A stretch of 64,000 nt of DNA from Bacteroidia bacterium. Its GTDB lineage: Bacteria > Bacteroidota > Bacteroidia > SpSt-205. Made by a program: the position numbers and the translations under genes. The notes under the pieces are model-generated. The model was not told the DNA's origin, ran no database searches, and saw only the letters and a list, made by a program, of their open reading frames with translations. The DNA lies in contig JBCNVG010000041.1 in NCBI GenBank assembly GCA_039630325.1, forward strand, positions 10,212-74,211, written 5' to 3'. Below are positions 18,556 through 28,317 of this stretch, piece after piece (within the stretch, counting starts at the first letter, position 1; every line of letters starts with the position of its first letter).

Positions 18556-18601
18556 ACATCAAAGGTAAAGCTATATACAGAGTTTCAACAGAGGCGCCTG
18601 G

Positions 18602-19822
18602 TTGCTGGGTTTTTCTGCGTATGTTTGCTCCATGCGAATATGGGCAGTTGGATTAACATTTCTGTGGCTGTGGGGCCAGAAGAGCAAGGTCACTTCTGCT
18701 GCCCTGGCGGTTCAAGATGCCGAGTATGATAAGGCCCTAAATTTCATTCAAGAAGCGCTGGCCTCTCCTCAACTTCTCAAGCCGAAGGATTTAGCCAAAG
18801 CTTACATGCTGCGCGGCAAAGCCTACATGGGCATGCTGCTCAGTAGCAAGGACCCCCAAGCTGTGCTCAATAAGTACCCCAACTTATTTGAGGAGGTTAT
18901 CCTTTCCATTCGCAAGTGTAAGGAGTACGACACTGGAAAGGAATTTGAAAACGATCTTAAGCTCATAGCGGCTCAAGCCTCGGGAGTGCTGTACTTGAAG
19001 GGATTTGAGCTCTTTCAGAAAGAAAAGCTGGCCGAAGCACGCCAGCATTTCACTTGGTCGCTGGAGCTGTATGATATGATAGGGCAAAAGGATTTCTATC
19101 CCCCCTATGCCCTGCGCGGAATCGTTAGTCTCCAAATGCGAGACACAGCTGCCGCTATCCAAGACCTTGAAAAGGCTCGCTCCTTGGCTGTTCAAAAGCC
19201 CCTGCCAAAGGAGCAAGAAGCCCAGCTGCTACCATTCGTATACTCATCTTTGATTAATGCTTATGGGGGAAAGGGTGATACTGAAAAGGCCCTCGCCATA
19301 GCAAACGAAGGCCGAGGCAAGTTCCCTACCGATGACAATATCCGACGAGCTGAGCTCAATCTATATCTCCAAAATCCAGGCCTTCAAGAGAAAGCTCTGG
19401 AGCGATTCCGTCAAGAGCTTCAACGAGATCCTAATAACGAAACCTACATGCTTATCTATGCTCAGCTTTGGGAACGGGTGAACCCAGATTCCGCCGCAGC
19501 ATACTACCAGAAAATATTGGCAATCAATCCGAATAACCTAAATGCCCGCTATAATCTCGGAGCCTATTATGTGAATCAAGCCGCAGAGCTCAGCGCCAAA
19601 TACAATGAAACGCGCGACGAAAAGCTTCAGCAGAAATACTTTGCCCAAATGCAGGAATATTTCCGATTAGCTTTGCCCCATTTAGAAAAGGCGCATGAGC
19701 AGCTTCCAGAAGACTTTGCGCTGCTACAGAGTCTCATTCAAGTTACGACTTATCTAGGGATGGATGAAAAAGCCCAGGAATATCTCCGCAAGAAGAATAT
19801 GCTTCAACAAAAGAAAAACTGA
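18602..19822 (+). CDS. Tetratricopeptide (TPR) repeat protein, probably secreted or periplasmic
   Basis: Hydrophobic N-terminus, then several 34-residue TPR-like units (AYMLRGKAYMGM, ALRGIVSLQ, YSSLINAYGGKGDTEKAL, YNLGAYYVNQA). Confidence 0.65.
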   Translation: MLGFSAYVCSMRIWAVGLTFLWLWGQKSKVTSAALAVQDAEYDKALNFIQEALASPQLLKPKDLAKAYMLRGKAYMGMLLSSKDPQAVLNKYPNLFEEVILSIRKCKEYDTGKEFENDLKLIAAQASGVLYLKGFELFQKEKLAEARQHFTWSLELYDMIGQKDFYPPYALRGIVSLQMRDTAAAIQDLEKARSLAVQKPLPKEQEAQLLPFVYSSLINAYGGKGDTEKALAIANEGRGKFPTDDNIRRAELNLYLQNPGLQEKALERFRQELQRDPNNETYMLIYAQLWERVNPDSAAAYYQKILAINPNNLNARYNLGAYYVNQAAELSAKYNETRDEKLQQKYFAQMQEYFRLALPHLEKAHEQLPEDFALLQSLIQVTTYLGMDEKAQEYLRKKNMLQQKKN

Positions 19823-19831
19823 TACAGCCCT

Positions 19832-20305
19832 ATGATGAGCCGTCAAATATACATTATCCTTGCGGTAGCGCCAGTATGGCTGGCCTCTGTATACGGTCAG
19901 GAAGCTCAGCCCTCTTCTCCGGCGTCGGCCGCTACTCAGCTGCCCGGAGGGGCCACTATCATCTATTCTCTCGGAGATCTGGAGAAAATGGACAAGATTG
20001 AGCTCACGCGCATCTACATTGCTAAGCTTACCCGCTTATACCGCATTCTTCAATACCTCCCCTTTGCGAAGCTTGACCCCAAAAGCCCAAATGACCTGAA
20101 AGTCCCCTCCGTGCAAGCCAATGAGAAGTCCATGAAGTCCCTCGAAGATGCCTTACGAGACTACATCAAAGCTGCTGAAGCCAGTCTTTCTACCATCACA
20201 CCGTACGCAGATAAGAAGCAAATCATCGATGCTATTCTATTCTTGCAGGCGGTGACGAATAAGGTGGAGTTAGTTGGACTTGGGATGAGTCAGCTCATCT
20301 ACTGA
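19832..20305 (+). CDS. Hypothetical secreted protein
   Basis: Signal peptide MMSRQIYIILAVAPVWLASVYGQ. 157 aa with no recognisable motif. It sits 10 nt after the TPR gene and 2 nt before the symporter gene. Confidence 0.5.
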   Translation: MMSRQIYIILAVAPVWLASVYGQEAQPSSPASAATQLPGGATIIYSLGDLEKMDKIELTRIYIAKLTRLYRILQYLPFAKLDPKSPNDLKVPSVQANEKSMKSLEDALRDYIKAAEASLSTITPYADKKQIIDAILFLQAVTNKVELVGLGMSQLIY

Positions 20306-20306
20306 G

Positions 20307-21674
20307 GTGGGGTGGATAGCGCTGGCATATGTCGCAGCGCTGTGGGGTATTAGTTGGGTGATAGGGCGGCGGCAAAAAGCGTCAGCCGCCCTGGATACAT
20401 TCTATGTAGCTCAGCGCCGGGCTCATTGGCTTTGGGTGAGCTACAGTATGGTTGGTACGGCGCTCTCTGCCATCACTTTCCTCTCAGTCCCTGGCAGTGT
20501 ACGCAGTGATAGCTGGACCTACCTCCAAGTCGTAGCAGGCTATTTTTTGGGCTACGCCCTGATTGCTTATATACTTTTGCCGCTATATTATCAATACGCT
20601 CGCGCTTCGGTATATGAATATTTCCGTTACCAGCTCGGCCCCGCTGGGGAAAAAGTAGCGGCAATATTTTTCTTGGTTTCTCGAGGCATTGGTAGCAGTC
20701 TGAGGCTATTCTTAGCTCTGTGGGTTCTACGACCTTTCGTGAGCGATATTCCATTTCCCCTCCTCGCCGCTGGGGCTTTACTACTTATGCTGCTATACAC
20801 CATGCGGAGCGGCGTTTCAGCCCTCATATACACTGACTTCTTTCAGACTACAGTTTTTCTGGGGGCAGCGCTTTATACCGCTTTCTATCTTCTCCGATTT
20901 CCTCTGCCCCCCGCCCCTGTGCCAAAGGTCATAGAGTTCAATCCCCAAGCCCCTCACTTCTGGCTCAAAGACCTCATTGCCGGGGCTCTCATAGCCCTCT
21001 CCATGACTGGCTTAGACCAAGACCAAATGCAGAAAAATCTCAGCCTCCCCTCCCTCCGCATGGCGCAAAAAAACCTCCTCCTTTACGGCTTGCTCCTTTT
21101 CCCAGTCAACTTACTTTTTCTGTGGCTGGGCCACATCTTATGGCGATATGCGGCATACGCTGGCCTCTCCACAGCTCCGGATGAAGTCTTTGCTCGCATC
21201 GCAAAAGAACAAGGAGGAGTAATAGAAGTTCTTTTTGTCCTGGGAGTGAGTGCCGCCGCCCTTTCCAGCGCTGATGGAAGCCTCACAGCGCTGACCACAG
21301 CTGTCCTACGTAACTTACTCCCTAGCCGTTACGAAACCCCGCGAATGAAAAATCTTGTCTTCTTTGCCTGGACCGTCTTGTTTTGGATACTCATGATGGC
21401 CTATACTGCTCTTCCTCAAGAGAAACACATGTTAGGAGCTTTCTTGCGATTCTCGGGTTATACCTATGGTCCTCTTTTGGGGCTATTTATATTCTCACGG
21501 CTCGTGTCCAGGGGAGAGTATCCCATCGTCAAGTGGGCACTGCCGCTGCTTCTGGGAGTCTCCCTCCTCATAGAATGGGCTTGGGGTTGGTTTTCTGGCT
21601 ATGTGAGCATTCTCTGGACTGCGGGCGTCACGCTAATAGGACTCATAGGGCTCACTCAGGTATTTCGGAAATAG
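20307..21674 (+). CDS. Sodium:solute symporter (SSF) family transporter
   Basis: About 13 TM helices. The N-terminal region (...DTFYVAQRRAHWLWVSYSMVGTALSAITFLSVPG) matches the SSF signature region. Confidence 0.7.
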   Translation: MGWIALAYVAALWGISWVIGRRQKASAALDTFYVAQRRAHWLWVSYSMVGTALSAITFLSVPGSVRSDSWTYLQVVAGYFLGYALIAYILLPLYYQYARASVYEYFRYQLGPAGEKVAAIFFLVSRGIGSSLRLFLALWVLRPFVSDIPFPLLAAGALLLMLLYTMRSGVSALIYTDFFQTTVFLGAALYTAFYLLRFPLPPAPVPKVIEFNPQAPHFWLKDLIAGALIALSMTGLDQDQMQKNLSLPSLRMAQKNLLLYGLLLFPVNLLFLWLGHILWRYAAYAGLSTAPDEVFARIAKEQGGVIEVLFVLGVSAAALSSADGSLTALTTAVLRNLLPSRYETPRMKNLVFFAWTVLFWILMMAYTALPQEKHMLGAFLRFSGYTYGPLLGLFIFSRLVSRGEYPIVKWALPLLLGVSLLIEWAWGWFSGYVSILWTAGVTLIGLIGLTQVFRK

Positions 21675-22479
21675 CCCCATGCCTTTGCTGCCACGCCCGC
21701 ACATAAGCAAAAAACTTCTCTCGATTGACACCGATGAGGATTATGCGTTTGGCTTCACCAGGGCCAATATGGGGCTGCCATCCCACTGACACTTTCAAGC
21801 TCTTACCGTATTTTTCATAATCAGCCCGCTCACAAAATACTTCAAACCGAAAATGTAGGAGCGATTTATCGTCCATGAAGAAAAAGTAAGGCCGAATATA
21901 TGCTTTGCCGAGGGGGAAAGTTTTTTCTACTTGAGCTTTCACTTTGCTGTAAAGGGAGTCTCTATTCACCCGCCAGTGAACGCTATCTAAAGCAATAATA
22001 AATCGCCCTCCATACAGGTAAGGTTCAGGCTCCTCGTAAAAGAACACATCCGGCGCTTCAAGTAAGGCTTGTACAGCATTTTTGAGATTTTCATTGCGAC
22101 GGAACCAAACTCGGGACCACGCTATCGGGCGAAATCTATCAGCAAACCGCTCTATCCACTCTGGCGAAAAAGTGAAGGAAAAGACCCCCTCCGTGACGTA
22201 CCCACAGCGGAGATTGACCTTTAGGGTTCTGACGAGTCGGCGTTCACGGTATAGCTTAAGTACATAATGATAGTCGCAGTAGTCCTCATAGAAGGACTCT
22301 CCTATCCAGAGAGCTTGCATTTCTTGCAGAACTGACTTATCCTGAATGATAAAAGCTGAAAAGCGCTGCTGTAGCGGATGAGGCGCATAGTTAGGGACAC
22401 TAACACCGATTAGACTCCAATCGCCTTGCGAAAAATCTATGCCTCCCAATATGGCATATAGAAAGACTATGAGCGACAT
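21652..22479 (-). CDS. Hypothetical protein (275 aa), last gene of the GGGPS-like operon
   Basis: The ORF overlaps the upstream PcrB-like gene by 13 nt. It has a weakly hydrophobic N-terminus and no recognisable motifs. Confidence 0.5.
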   Translation of the reverse strand: MSLIVFLYAILGGIDFSQGDWSLIGVSVPNYAPHPLQQRFSAFIIQDKSVLQEMQALWIGESFYEDYCDYHYVLKLYRERRLVRTLKVNLRCGYVTEGVFSFTFSPEWIERFADRFRPIAWSRVWFRRNENLKNAVQALLEAPDVFFYEEPEPYLYGGRFIIALDSVHWRVNRDSLYSKVKAQVEKTFPLGKAYIRPYFFFMDDKSLLHFRFEVFCERADYEKYGKSLKVSVGWQPHIGPGEAKRIILIGVNREKFFAYVRAWQQRHGAISEIPE

Positions 22480-23210
22480 ATACTGAAAAACTCTTCCCAG
22501 AAAGTTCGGCTATATAGAGATTGTTCGGCCGCAGTGCCTATGACGACAAAATTCGCTCCAGCCTCTATGAGGCGAGCAGCAACCTCCGGGCTGTATATAC
22601 CCCCTCCTACCATGATGGGTATAGGAATCGCTTCACGCACGGCGTAGACCATTTCTGTGGAAGGGGGAGAATAAGCTCCACTCCCTGCATCAATGTATGC
22701 GATTTTCTGCCCTAAGTACCACCCTGCCAATGCGGTGGCTTGGACAAGTTCAGGCTTATCCATGGGAATGGGCAAAGTCTGAGTGATATAATGCACTGTA
22801 CGACTTGCCTCTCCTACCAGGATATAAGTAGTAGGAATCACTTCCCCTCCCCAGCGCCAAAGGAAAGGGGAGGCTTCCACATGAGCACCAATTAGATAAT
22901 AAGGATTACGGCCGCTAGCGAGAAACAAGAGTAAAATTGCATCTACCGCTTGATTGAGCTGCTGAATGCTTCCAGGAAAAAGAATCAAAGGAAGCGGAAT
23001 AAGCTGGCGAGCGGCATGACACCATTCTGCGAGGGAAGCATGAGCCATGAAGCTCCCTCCCACTAGGGCCCACTGGCCTCCTGCATTCAGATATGCTTCA
23101 GCGGCCTCTTCATAAGAGGAAAGGGGTAAACGGTCAGGGTCTACTAGCCAGAGAGGCTGTGGACAAGCTTTTTGCCAAGCCGCCAAGATACTCATAAGAA
23201 CGGAATCCAT
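22467..23210 (-). CDS. PcrB/GGGPS-family prenyltransferase (geranylgeranylglyceryl- or heptaprenylglyceryl-phosphate synthase homologue)
   Basis: TIM-barrel family signature near the C-terminus: IPIMVGGGIYSPEVAARLIEAGANFVVIGTAAE. Earlier it reads ...AYIDAGSGAYSPP.... Size is about 245 aa. Confidence 0.75.
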   Translation of the reverse strand: MDSVLMSILAAWQKACPQPLWLVDPDRLPLSSYEEAAEAYLNAGGQWALVGGSFMAHASLAEWCHAARQLIPLPLILFPGSIQQLNQAVDAILLLFLASGRNPYYLIGAHVEASPFLWRWGGEVIPTTYILVGEASRTVHYITQTLPIPMDKPELVQATALAGWYLGQKIAYIDAGSGAYSPPSTEMVYAVREAIPIPIMVGGGIYSPEVAARLIEAGANFVVIGTAAEQSLYSRTFWEEFFSICRS

Positions 23211-23647
23211 TTTCTGAGCCAGCGCCTGATAAAAAACCAGAGTAGCCTTCCAAGAGGTGCTGTAAGCGCTGAGGAAAGCGATTTCGCAGTATAAGGCTCA
23301 GCCAAAGACTTCTCAATAAGGCGCATTCCTGATTGCGCCAAACGCAACCGATAGATCGCCTCCTTAGATACCATCCGCCGGTGCAAAAGACCATGACCCA
23401 AAACCCCCGCTAAAGCTGTAACCCCCCCCCACACACTTGCCCCAATCAGAAATCCATAGCTCCATTTCGGAACGCCCGCCAACCACGCAATCAAAGCAGC
23501 GGTCAACAGTGATAAAGTCATCACAAAGAAGAACGAAAAAAGCATAGCAGCTACAAACCGAGCTGCCCATCGGCCCAAGACAATCTCTAAGCGCGCTTCC
23601 ATCGCAATACTTAGAAGCCTAAGATACCGAAGCCAAATAGGCTGCAT
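23192..23647 (-). CDS. Small membrane protein (2-3 TM helices), unknown function
   Basis: Hydrophobic segments AAMLFSFFFVMTLSLLTAALIAWLAGV and GFLIGASVWGGVTALAGVLG. It overlaps the PcrB-like gene by 19 nt and lies directly downstream of ftsZ. Confidence 0.5.
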   Translation of the reverse strand: MQPIWLRYLRLLSIAMEARLEIVLGRWAARFVAAMLFSFFFVMTLSLLTAALIAWLAGVPKWSYGFLIGASVWGGVTALAGVLGHGLLHRRMVSKEAIYRLRLAQSGMRLIEKSLAEPYTAKSLSSALTAPLGRLLWFFIRRWLRKWIPFL

Positions 23648-23705
23648 AAAAGGTACTGTGACTCAAAAGAGTGCTTTTAGTCTCGCTGGAGATTTTACGA
23701 AAGGG

Positions 23706-25007
23706 CTAATCTGCATTATCATATAGACGAGGATTATGTCGGCGGAAAGGCGGAAAACTATCGTCTTTTGAGGGTTCTATGCGCGCCGAAGAAAGCGACG
23801 GGGGCGGTGCAGCAATACCATACCGACTGTAGGCAGGCGTATGACGGGCTCGTTCTATCGCATCTACTTCTTGATTGATTTGCTTCATCCGTTCCTGAAG
23901 ATTGAAACTCGGAGGCGTATGCGAAGAACTATTTGAACTAAGCGGTAAATCTATCGCTATCTCAGTCTGAAGGGGATGCACTGAGGATGAGAGCTGCTTC
24001 GTAGACTTTTTCGAGGAAGCATCGCTCAACTGAATACTCTCCGGCCGTGCCAATCCTGTAGCTATGATAGTCAAAGAGAGGTCTTCTCCTGCCTGGTCAT
24101 CATAGATTTGCCCCATAATAATCTGTGCATCGGTATTACCCAATGCTTCTTGAATACGATTCATGATTTGCTCGGTTTCTTGGATAGTTATCGTGTCTTC
24201 TGAGGCAGTGATATTGACAAGTAGGCCCCTAGCCCCCCGTATATCTACATTATCTAATAGGGGAGAGCTTAGAGCTTCTTCTACGGCCATAAGTGCTCGG
24301 TTTTCGCCCCGCTGGGTAGACATACCCAACAGTGCGTATCCTCCATTTTGCATGATAGTTTTTACATCGGCAAAGTCTACATTAATATACCCAGGCTTAG
24401 TAATCATTTCAGCTATACCACGCACAGCTCGATATAGCACCTGATCAGCCATGAGAAAAGCTTCTTTTTGACGCATATTTTTAGAAGCTACTCGAAGGAT
24501 GTTATTATTGTGTATGACAACCAAAGCATCCACATGTTCTTCCAAGCGGCTGAGCCCAGTAAGGGCATTTCTCCGACGAGGCTCCCCCTCAAAGCTGAAA
24601 GGCAAGGATACGACTGCGACCGTGAGCAAACCGAGCTCTCGGCAGAGTTTAGCGATGACCGGTAAAGCACCCGTTCCCGTCCCACCCCCCAACCCTGCCG
24701 TTAAGAAAACCATTCGGGTATGGGAAGCGAAAAGTTTACGAATATCATCCAGGCTCTCTTCGGCTGCCTGCCGCCCCCGCTCAGGATCCGCTCCACATCC
24801 CAAACCTCCTGTCAGCTTCTGACCTATCAGAAGCCGATTAGGCACTATGTTCCGCCCCAAAACCTGACTATCCGTATTACACACGATAAAATCCACTCCA
24901 TGAATTCCTTGGCGGAACATGTTAGCTACGGCATTGCAACCAGCTCCCCCCACCCCCAATACACTGATGATGGGAAGCGGACTTTCCTGTGGAAATGAAA
25001 GGCTCAT
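23706..25007 (-). CDS. ftsZ: Cell division GTPase FtsZ
   Basis: The GTP-binding signature GVGGAGCNAVANM and tubulin motif GGGTGTG are present. The C-terminal tail is disordered. It sits after ftsA. Confidence 0.95.
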   Translation of the reverse strand: MSLSFPQESPLPIISVLGVGGAGCNAVANMFRQGIHGVDFIVCNTDSQVLGRNIVPNRLLIGQKLTGGLGCGADPERGRQAAEESLDDIRKLFASHTRMVFLTAGLGGGTGTGALPVIAKLCRELGLLTVAVVSLPFSFEGEPRRRNALTGLSRLEEHVDALVVIHNNNILRVASKNMRQKEAFLMADQVLYRAVRGIAEMITKPGYINVDFADVKTIMQNGGYALLGMSTQRGENRALMAVEEALSSPLLDNVDIRGARGLLVNITASEDTITIQETEQIMNRIQEALGNTDAQIIMGQIYDDQAGEDLSLTIIATGLARPESIQLSDASSKKSTKQLSSSVHPLQTEIAIDLPLSSNSSSHTPPSFNLQERMKQINQEVDAIERARHTPAYSRYGIAAPPPSLSSARIEPSKDDSFPPFRRHNPRLYDNAD

Positions 25008-25026
25008 ATCGGTTTATTTTTAGTTA

Positions 25027-26316
25027 TCATTCTATAAAGTCCTGCGGCAGCTTGAGGCTATTCTCTAAAAGGCTACGCATCTTCTGAATGAAGCGAGAAG
25101 TGGATTTGGCTTCTCGAGGCTTCTGAGCCAGCTGCCCAGAATTTTCGGGCACAGGAGGAATGAACTCTCTCATCATCGGTATGAGGTACAAGGTGGCAAT
25201 AACACCCGCAAAGCGAGGATTATCTACTTTCTCTGTAATCCCACGCCCTAAAATAGATCGCAACCGCACAGGATAAACCCGCTCCCCTAATACGTATTCC
25301 ACAAGCGACTCTATATCTCGCATCAACGCTCCTCCCCCAGCCAAGTAAATACCCCCGTATAGCTTGCCTAATAATCCAGCCTTGTCTATTTCCCGCGCCA
25401 CAAATACCATTATCTCTTCTAAGCGAGCCTGGATTACCTGTGCCAATAAATGAAGAGAAATATCCACAGGTTCAAGGTCATTAGAAACTTTTAGCCTTAG
25501 CGATTGATTTTCTGGAACATTCGCAGCGTATGCTCTACCCACTTCAATCTTTAGATACTCAGCCTGGTGGGGTAAGACATAGCGTAGCATCTCTCGGATA
25601 TCCAGCGAAACTTGATGCCCCCCTAAAGGAAGTACCCCAAAATGCTTTATCACCCCTCTTTCATATATTACCACAGAAGTTGAGTGGGTACCCATGTAAA
25701 TCAAAGCGCTATTAGAAACCTTGTGCTCCCTTGGCAAAAGAGCTTCCGCAGCAACTATTGGGCGAGCCACAAACCCCTCCACTTCTATACGGAGCCGTTG
25801 AAAACATCGCCTTATCATGTCTAAATGAGAGTGGGGAGCGTAGACCAAATAGAAATGACCCTCCAAACGAATACCCGTCATCCCTAAGGGATCCTGTACT
25901 TGCGACCGATGATCTATACTATAATACTGAGGAATGACATGAAGCAACTCCATATTGGTAGGTGAAGGGCGTCGTACCGCTTGCTGGCGCAAGCGTTCTA
26001 AGTCCGCCGCTATGACTTCATGGTGAGGATTAGGAAATGTAATAATAGCCTCGGTGTGATCCCCCTGCATGTGAATATGATGTATGACTACCCATACCCG
26101 CGAAAGAGCCGTGCCGGACTGTTGAATCGCCGCATCGAACGCCTCCTGAATGGAGGCGGTTAGACGCTCTATATTCGCCACACCATTTTCATCTATCCCC
26201 CTAGCAGGAGCCACTCCTACGCCCAACACACTCACCCCTCCGCCAGGATCCGGCTGCCCGACCGCTACCCGAATCTGCTGCGTACCTATATCTATTACGC
26301 CTAAGATATCTGACAT
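25027..26316 (-). CDS. ftsA: Cell division protein FtsA
   Basis: Actin-like ATPase fold (ILGVIDIGTQQIRVAV..., ...GIYLAGGGALMRDI...). It occupies the ftsQ-ftsA-ftsZ position. Confidence 0.9.
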   Translation of the reverse strand: MSDILGVIDIGTQQIRVAVGQPDPGGGVSVLGVGVAPARGIDENGVANIERLTASIQEAFDAAIQQSGTALSRVWVVIHHIHMQGDHTEAIITFPNPHHEVIAADLERLRQQAVRRPSPTNMELLHVIPQYYSIDHRSQVQDPLGMTGIRLEGHFYLVYAPHSHLDMIRRCFQRLRIEVEGFVARPIVAAEALLPREHKVSNSALIYMGTHSTSVVIYERGVIKHFGVLPLGGHQVSLDIREMLRYVLPHQAEYLKIEVGRAYAANVPENQSLRLKVSNDLEPVDISLHLLAQVIQARLEEIMVFVAREIDKAGLLGKLYGGIYLAGGGALMRDIESLVEYVLGERVYPVRLRSILGRGITEKVDNPRFAGVIATLYLIPMMREFIPPVPENSGQLAQKPREAKSTSRFIQKMRSLLENSLKLPQDFIE

Positions 26317-26326
26317 ATCTCTTATT

Positions 26327-27004
26327 TTATTGACATATTATCTGAGATGGTATATAAAGTATGACCCTTTTACAGGTATGTCCCCCCAGTTTAGGTTGAA
26401 GGGACTGCAAATATACATCAAGCTGATAAATCCCCACAGGCAAATGCGCTGTCCGCCCTAATACATATGTCTCTGAACCAAACTCTGAATGCATATGCCA
26501 AGTACCATCTACTTCTTGATAAATTCTGCTAATTAATTTGCGATATAAGGGCTTCTCTTGCAGAAAAGTAAGAATGTATGCGAAAGCCACACTGTCCCAT
26601 CGTAGAGCTTCCACGATGGGTAAATCTAAGGGACGCACGAAGGGCAGTCGTTTCCCTGCGGTATCTATGTAATACTGACGCACGGGAAGCTTTATACGAG
26701 CCACCGGGACACAGGCACGCGCATAAATCCGGCCCTCTCCCTTGCCAGTGTAGTAAAAGTGGACTGATTGGAAGGCTTGTTCCTTCCTGAGAGCCTCGGA
26801 GATAGCCCATATCCATTGAGAAGGAGAAGGCGTCTTAACTCCTTGAATATGGCGCATCACCCAGGCAGAGTCCCACAGCGGACCTTCCCCTCTCAAAATC
26901 CATCTACCCATCCTACGCATTTCTGTGTAGTATTGATCTCCTAATATCCATCCCCCTACAAATCCTAAACTGACCGAAAGAGCGCTAAATGCGCGAAACA
27001 TCAT
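26327..27004 (-). CDS. ftsQ: Cell division protein FtsQ (POTRA domain)
   Basis: N-terminal TM segment and a size of about 225 aa, lying between murC and ftsA. The call rests on position plus topology. Confidence 0.7.
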   Translation of the reverse strand: MMFRAFSALSVSLGFVGGWILGDQYYTEMRRMGRWILRGEGPLWDSAWVMRHIQGVKTPSPSQWIWAISEALRKEQAFQSVHFYYTGKGEGRIYARACVPVARIKLPVRQYYIDTAGKRLPFVRPLDLPIVEALRWDSVAFAYILTFLQEKPLYRKLISRIYQEVDGTWHMHSEFGSETYVLGRTAHLPVGIYQLDVYLQSLQPKLGGHTCKRVILYIPSQIICQ

Positions 27005-28317
27005 GCCGTTTTTGTTATGCGAGTTTGAACGTGTGAAACCATTTGATAAATATCGCCAGCCCCCATAAGCACAAGCACACTGGGCTGCTTCAAAGGCAGT
27101 AAGTCAAACCACTCCATAGTAGAACTCAAAGGTATGGCCACTGCGTGAGGCTTGGTCAAATGTTGAGAGATTAACATACTACTAACCTGTGCTGTGGAAG
27201 GCTCGCGAGCTGCATAAATGGGGAAAAGCAGAATGAAGTCCGCCAAATCCAGAGCCTCCGCAAACTCTTTAGCGAAAAAAGCAGTCCTACTATAGAGGTG
27301 CGGCTGAAAAACTGCTAATATGTTTCTACCAGGAAATGCTTCCCGAAGTGCTTCTAATGTTCGGATAATTTCGGTAGGATGATGAGCGTAGTCACTTACT
27401 ATAATATGCTCCCCTGCGGGTATTACTTCCATACGGCGAGCTACCCCTCGAAAACCTCGGAGAGCTTTCTGGAGTGTATCAAAACTAAATCCCATGGCCT
27501 CTAATAAGGTCAAGGCCGCCGCTGCATTCTCTGCAAGGTGACGCCCTATTTGTTGCCATTCTACTTCTCTTTTATGACCTTCCCACTCGTAAGCAAAGAG
27601 AACCCCATCCGCATAGGCTTCATAATGTCTCAATGAATACCGGATAGCACGCCGCCCCAAGTCAGGCACATTCGGCCCAACTACAAGAAGTCCCTCAACC
27701 TGCTCTACAAATGCCCGATAAGCCATTTCTACCCCTTGCGGCGATCCATAGATTTCTAAATGGTCTGGCTCTGTGCTCTGCAAAATAGCATGTCGAGGGC
27801 GAAGAAGCAGCATCGCTCTATCATACTCATCGGCTTCTACGACTAGCCAGCGACTGGAACCGGCAAGGTAGTTATTGTCAAAGTTCCGCATGAGCCCTCC
27901 TACGAAAGCCGTGGGCGACTCGCCTATCTCCCAAAGCAGCCATGCAAGGATGGCGCTTGTCGTGGTTTTTCCATGGGCCCCGGCTACGGCTATTACCTCA
28001 TAGGAGGCTACTACAGCGGATAAAGCCTGAGCTCGACGCCACACAGGCAGCTTCCGATCCCGAACGGCTTTCCACTCGGGAAAATCTGACGGTATGGCCG
28101 GTGTATAAATAATCCCTTCTACCGAAGCCACCTTCTCAGGAGCCGGTTCATAGTCTATTGGAATATGCAGTTTCTCCAAAATCTGGGTAAATGGAGAAGC
28201 TTCCCGATCGTACCCGGTGATCTGATGTCCAGCGAGATGGAGGTGTTGTGCAAGGGCACTCATCCCCACCCCACCGATGCCCCATAATCTCAGTTTTTCA
28301 GGAAACTCCGTTACCAT
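27001..28317 (-). CDS. murC: UDP-N-acetylmuramate--L-alanine ligase MurC
   Basis: ...LRLWGIGGVGMSALAQHLHLAGHQITGYD at the N-terminus and the P-loop GAHGKTTTS are present, with the Mur ligase middle and C domains. I chose the start at Met-64 of the ORF (28317) to fit the usual MurC N-terminus. The long ORF extension would overlap murG. Confidence 0.85.
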   Translation of the reverse strand: MVTEFPEKLRLWGIGGVGMSALAQHLHLAGHQITGYDREASPFTQILEKLHIPIDYEPAPEKVASVEGIIYTPAIPSDFPEWKAVRDRKLPVWRRAQALSAVVASYEVIAVAGAHGKTTTSAILAWLLWEIGESPTAFVGGLMRNFDNNYLAGSSRWLVVEADEYDRAMLLLRPRHAILQSTEPDHLEIYGSPQGVEMAYRAFVEQVEGLLVVGPNVPDLGRRAIRYSLRHYEAYADGVLFAYEWEGHKREVEWQQIGRHLAENAAAALTLLEAMGFSFDTLQKALRGFRGVARRMEVIPAGEHIIVSDYAHHPTEIIRTLEALREAFPGRNILAVFQPHLYSRTAFFAKEFAEALDLADFILLFPIYAAREPSTAQVSSMLISQHLTKPHAVAIPLSSTMEWFDLLPLKQPSVLVLMGAGDIYQMVSHVQTRITKTA

